Source: Armatimonadota bacterium (GTDB taxonomy: Bacteria; Armatimonadota; UBA5829; DTLH01). Taken from it: DNA of 16,373 bases. The notes below the pieces were generated by a model, which was not told the origin of the DNA, made no database searches, and saw only the letters and a program-made list of their open reading frames with translations. Position 1 is the first letter of the stretch; each line of letters opens with the position of its first letter. The stretch lies in assembly GCA_038207085.1 (NCBI GenBank), contig JBBRAE010000049.1:1-16373 (forward strand). Direction: 5' to 3'. The position numbers and the translations under genes were made by a program. Positions 15,341-16,373 of the stretch are shown one piece after another.

Positions 15341-15932
15341 TTTCTGTCTCCCGGTCCATATCGTCCAAATGGGCCTTAAGTCTTTGTCTGGCCCGAAAGA
15401 GCTTTACCTTGAGACTCGTCCGGTTTTTGCCGGTGAGCTTGGCAATGTCTTCGAGCGACATATCCTGTATATGATAAAGTGTTACGAGCAGTCTGTCATC
15501 TTCCGCAAGCCGCTGGATCGCGCGTTCTATGCGTGCGACCTCATCGTTAGCGATAACTGTGTCCACGGGGTCGACCGACGGCGCGCCTGGGATGTCCATC
15601 TCAGCGAACATGACATCATCGACGGCTATTTCCGGTCGTGCTTTTCGTGATCTCAGCATATCTTTTGCCGTGTTCCCCGCGATTCGGTAGAGCCAGGTGG
15701 TAAACTTGGCGTCTCCACGAAAGCCCGCGGCGTTCTTCCAGACTTTGACGAACACATCGGCGAGCGCCTCCTCGGCATCCTCGTGACGCCCGAGCATACG
15801 GTAGAGCAGGCTGTAGACGGGCTTTTCGTGCCTGTGGAACAGTTCCCGCAGGGCGGCCTCGTCACCAGTCTTGCACCGAAGTAGCAGTTCCTCGTTGCTC
15901 ACGCCAAAATCGAAGTCATTACCGCTTGTCAC
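15276..15932 (-). CDS. ECF (sigma70 group IV) RNA polymerase sigma factor
   Basis: DAEEALADVFVKVW, FTTWLYRIAGN, SLEDIA...VKLFRARQRL; GAGGT upstream of the GTG start. Confidence 0.95.
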   Translation of the reverse strand: MTSGNDFDFGVSNEELLLRCKTGDEAALRELFHRHEKPVYSLLYRMLGRHEDAEEALADVFVKVWKNAAGFRGDAKFTTWLYRIAGNTAKDMLRSRKARPEIAVDDVMFAEMDIPGAPSVDPVDTVIANDEVARIERAIQRLAEDDRLLVTLYHIQDMSLEDIAKLTGKNRTSLKVKLFRARQRLKAHLDDMDRETENEMHSGTTDSFGLQQGSAESA

Positions 15933-15960
15933 AGACTACCTCATTGGCCTTTCATAAGTT

Positions 15961-15989
15961 AAGACGGGTCATGTTGATGATCGGTTACA
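15961..15989 (-). promoter_or_regulatory. ECF-type promoter, probably autoregulatory
   Basis: Minus strand TGTAAC-17 nt-CGTCTT, matching the AAC/CGT ECF consensus, ~30 nt upstream of the sigma start. Confidence 0.7.
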
Positions 15990-16007
15990 TTACGATTACA
16001 TCTTTAG

Positions 16008-16080
16008 CCCGCTTTATTCGTGAAGCGAATAAAGCTCTTGCTAAGAGAGCATCATTCACGCTTCTCGTGAATAATGCGGG
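16008..16080. mobile_element. 73-bp MITE-like element with TTAG direct-repeat flanks
   Basis: Terminal inverted repeats CCCGCTTTATTCGTGA / revcomp CCCGCATTATTCACGA (13/16); TTAG at 16004-16007 and 16081-16084; three internal hairpins. Confidence 0.7.
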
Positions 16081-16125
16081 TTAGTATACGCAGATTGGGG
16101 ATGGATGAGTTGCATCAAGAAATGA

Positions 16126-16373
16126 GGTTCTGTCAGGACTGGTGGAAATTTCGGCGACTTGACGTGTTTGTGCAAATTGGTTCACTGCTTACGCCGCCAC
16201 TTTCACCATGGGTCTGGCGTCAGCAGCCATGGAACCCATAAATAGTTGCTGGAATACAATGACAGATTGTAGAAAGTGTTCTCGGCCTTGAGCCAGTGAT
16301 ATGTTCTCCTTCATGACCGTTCGTTTGCGGAACAATTGACGGATTTCGTCGACGGCAGAACAAAATATCGCTG
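16126..16373 (-). mobile_element. End of a probable IS6-family insertion sequence, truncated by the window
   Basis: Terminal IR-like GGTTCTGTCAGGACT at 16126 (compare IS257/IS431 GGTTCTGTTGCAAAG) lies downstream of a transposase-like C-terminus. Confidence 0.7.
16189..16371 (-). CDS. IS6-family transposase, C-terminal fragment (partial)
   Basis: Open frame from the window edge, absent from the ORF track: AIFCSAVDEIRQLFRKRTVMKENISLAQGREHFLQSVIVFQQLFMGSMAADARPMVKVAA*. Resembles recalled IS6-type C-termini (FC.A.DE.R..FR...SL). Confidence 0.65.
   Translation of the reverse strand, partial: AIFCSAVDEIRQLFRKRTVMKENISLAQGREHFLQSVIVFQQLFMGSMAADARPMVKVAA

Noticed and set aside
648..15865. Numerous antisense or out-of-frame ORFs (e.g. 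648-1178, 2602-3246, 6577-7215, 9557-10177)
   Set aside because: Shadow ORFs of GC-rich genes with no recognisable motifs

Overview
A 16.4-kb GC-rich bacterial chromosomal window, mostly housekeeping and envelope genes. The lineage is plausibly Armatimonadota or a similar Terrabacteria group; this is inferred from protein style only and not verified. Gene order: secreted TPR-like protein (-), LysM/G5 envelope protein (-), UroD/MetE-like barrel protein (+), phosphomanno/glucomutase (-), rpmB (-), CBS+DUF1385 membrane protein (+), argS (+), a second UroD/MtaA-like protein (+), small Cys-rich protein (+), LysM-NlpC/P60 hydrolase (+), decayed DUF4239-like pseudogene (-), MUG-type glycosylase (+), class II fba (+), and an ECF sigma / zinc anti-sigma / tandem Spy-CpxP operon (-). 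Several items are not in the ORF track: the end of a probable IS6-family element at the right edge, a 73-bp MITE-like element with TTAG flanks beside the ECF promoter, a degenerate ~70-80 bp repeat present twice, two GTAG-REP-like palindromes, three heptamer arrays, and structured leaders on pgm and fba. ArgRS has TVGS in place of the HIGH motif. No CRISPR array, rRNA or tRNA was found, and no clearly novel multi-gene system is demonstrated.
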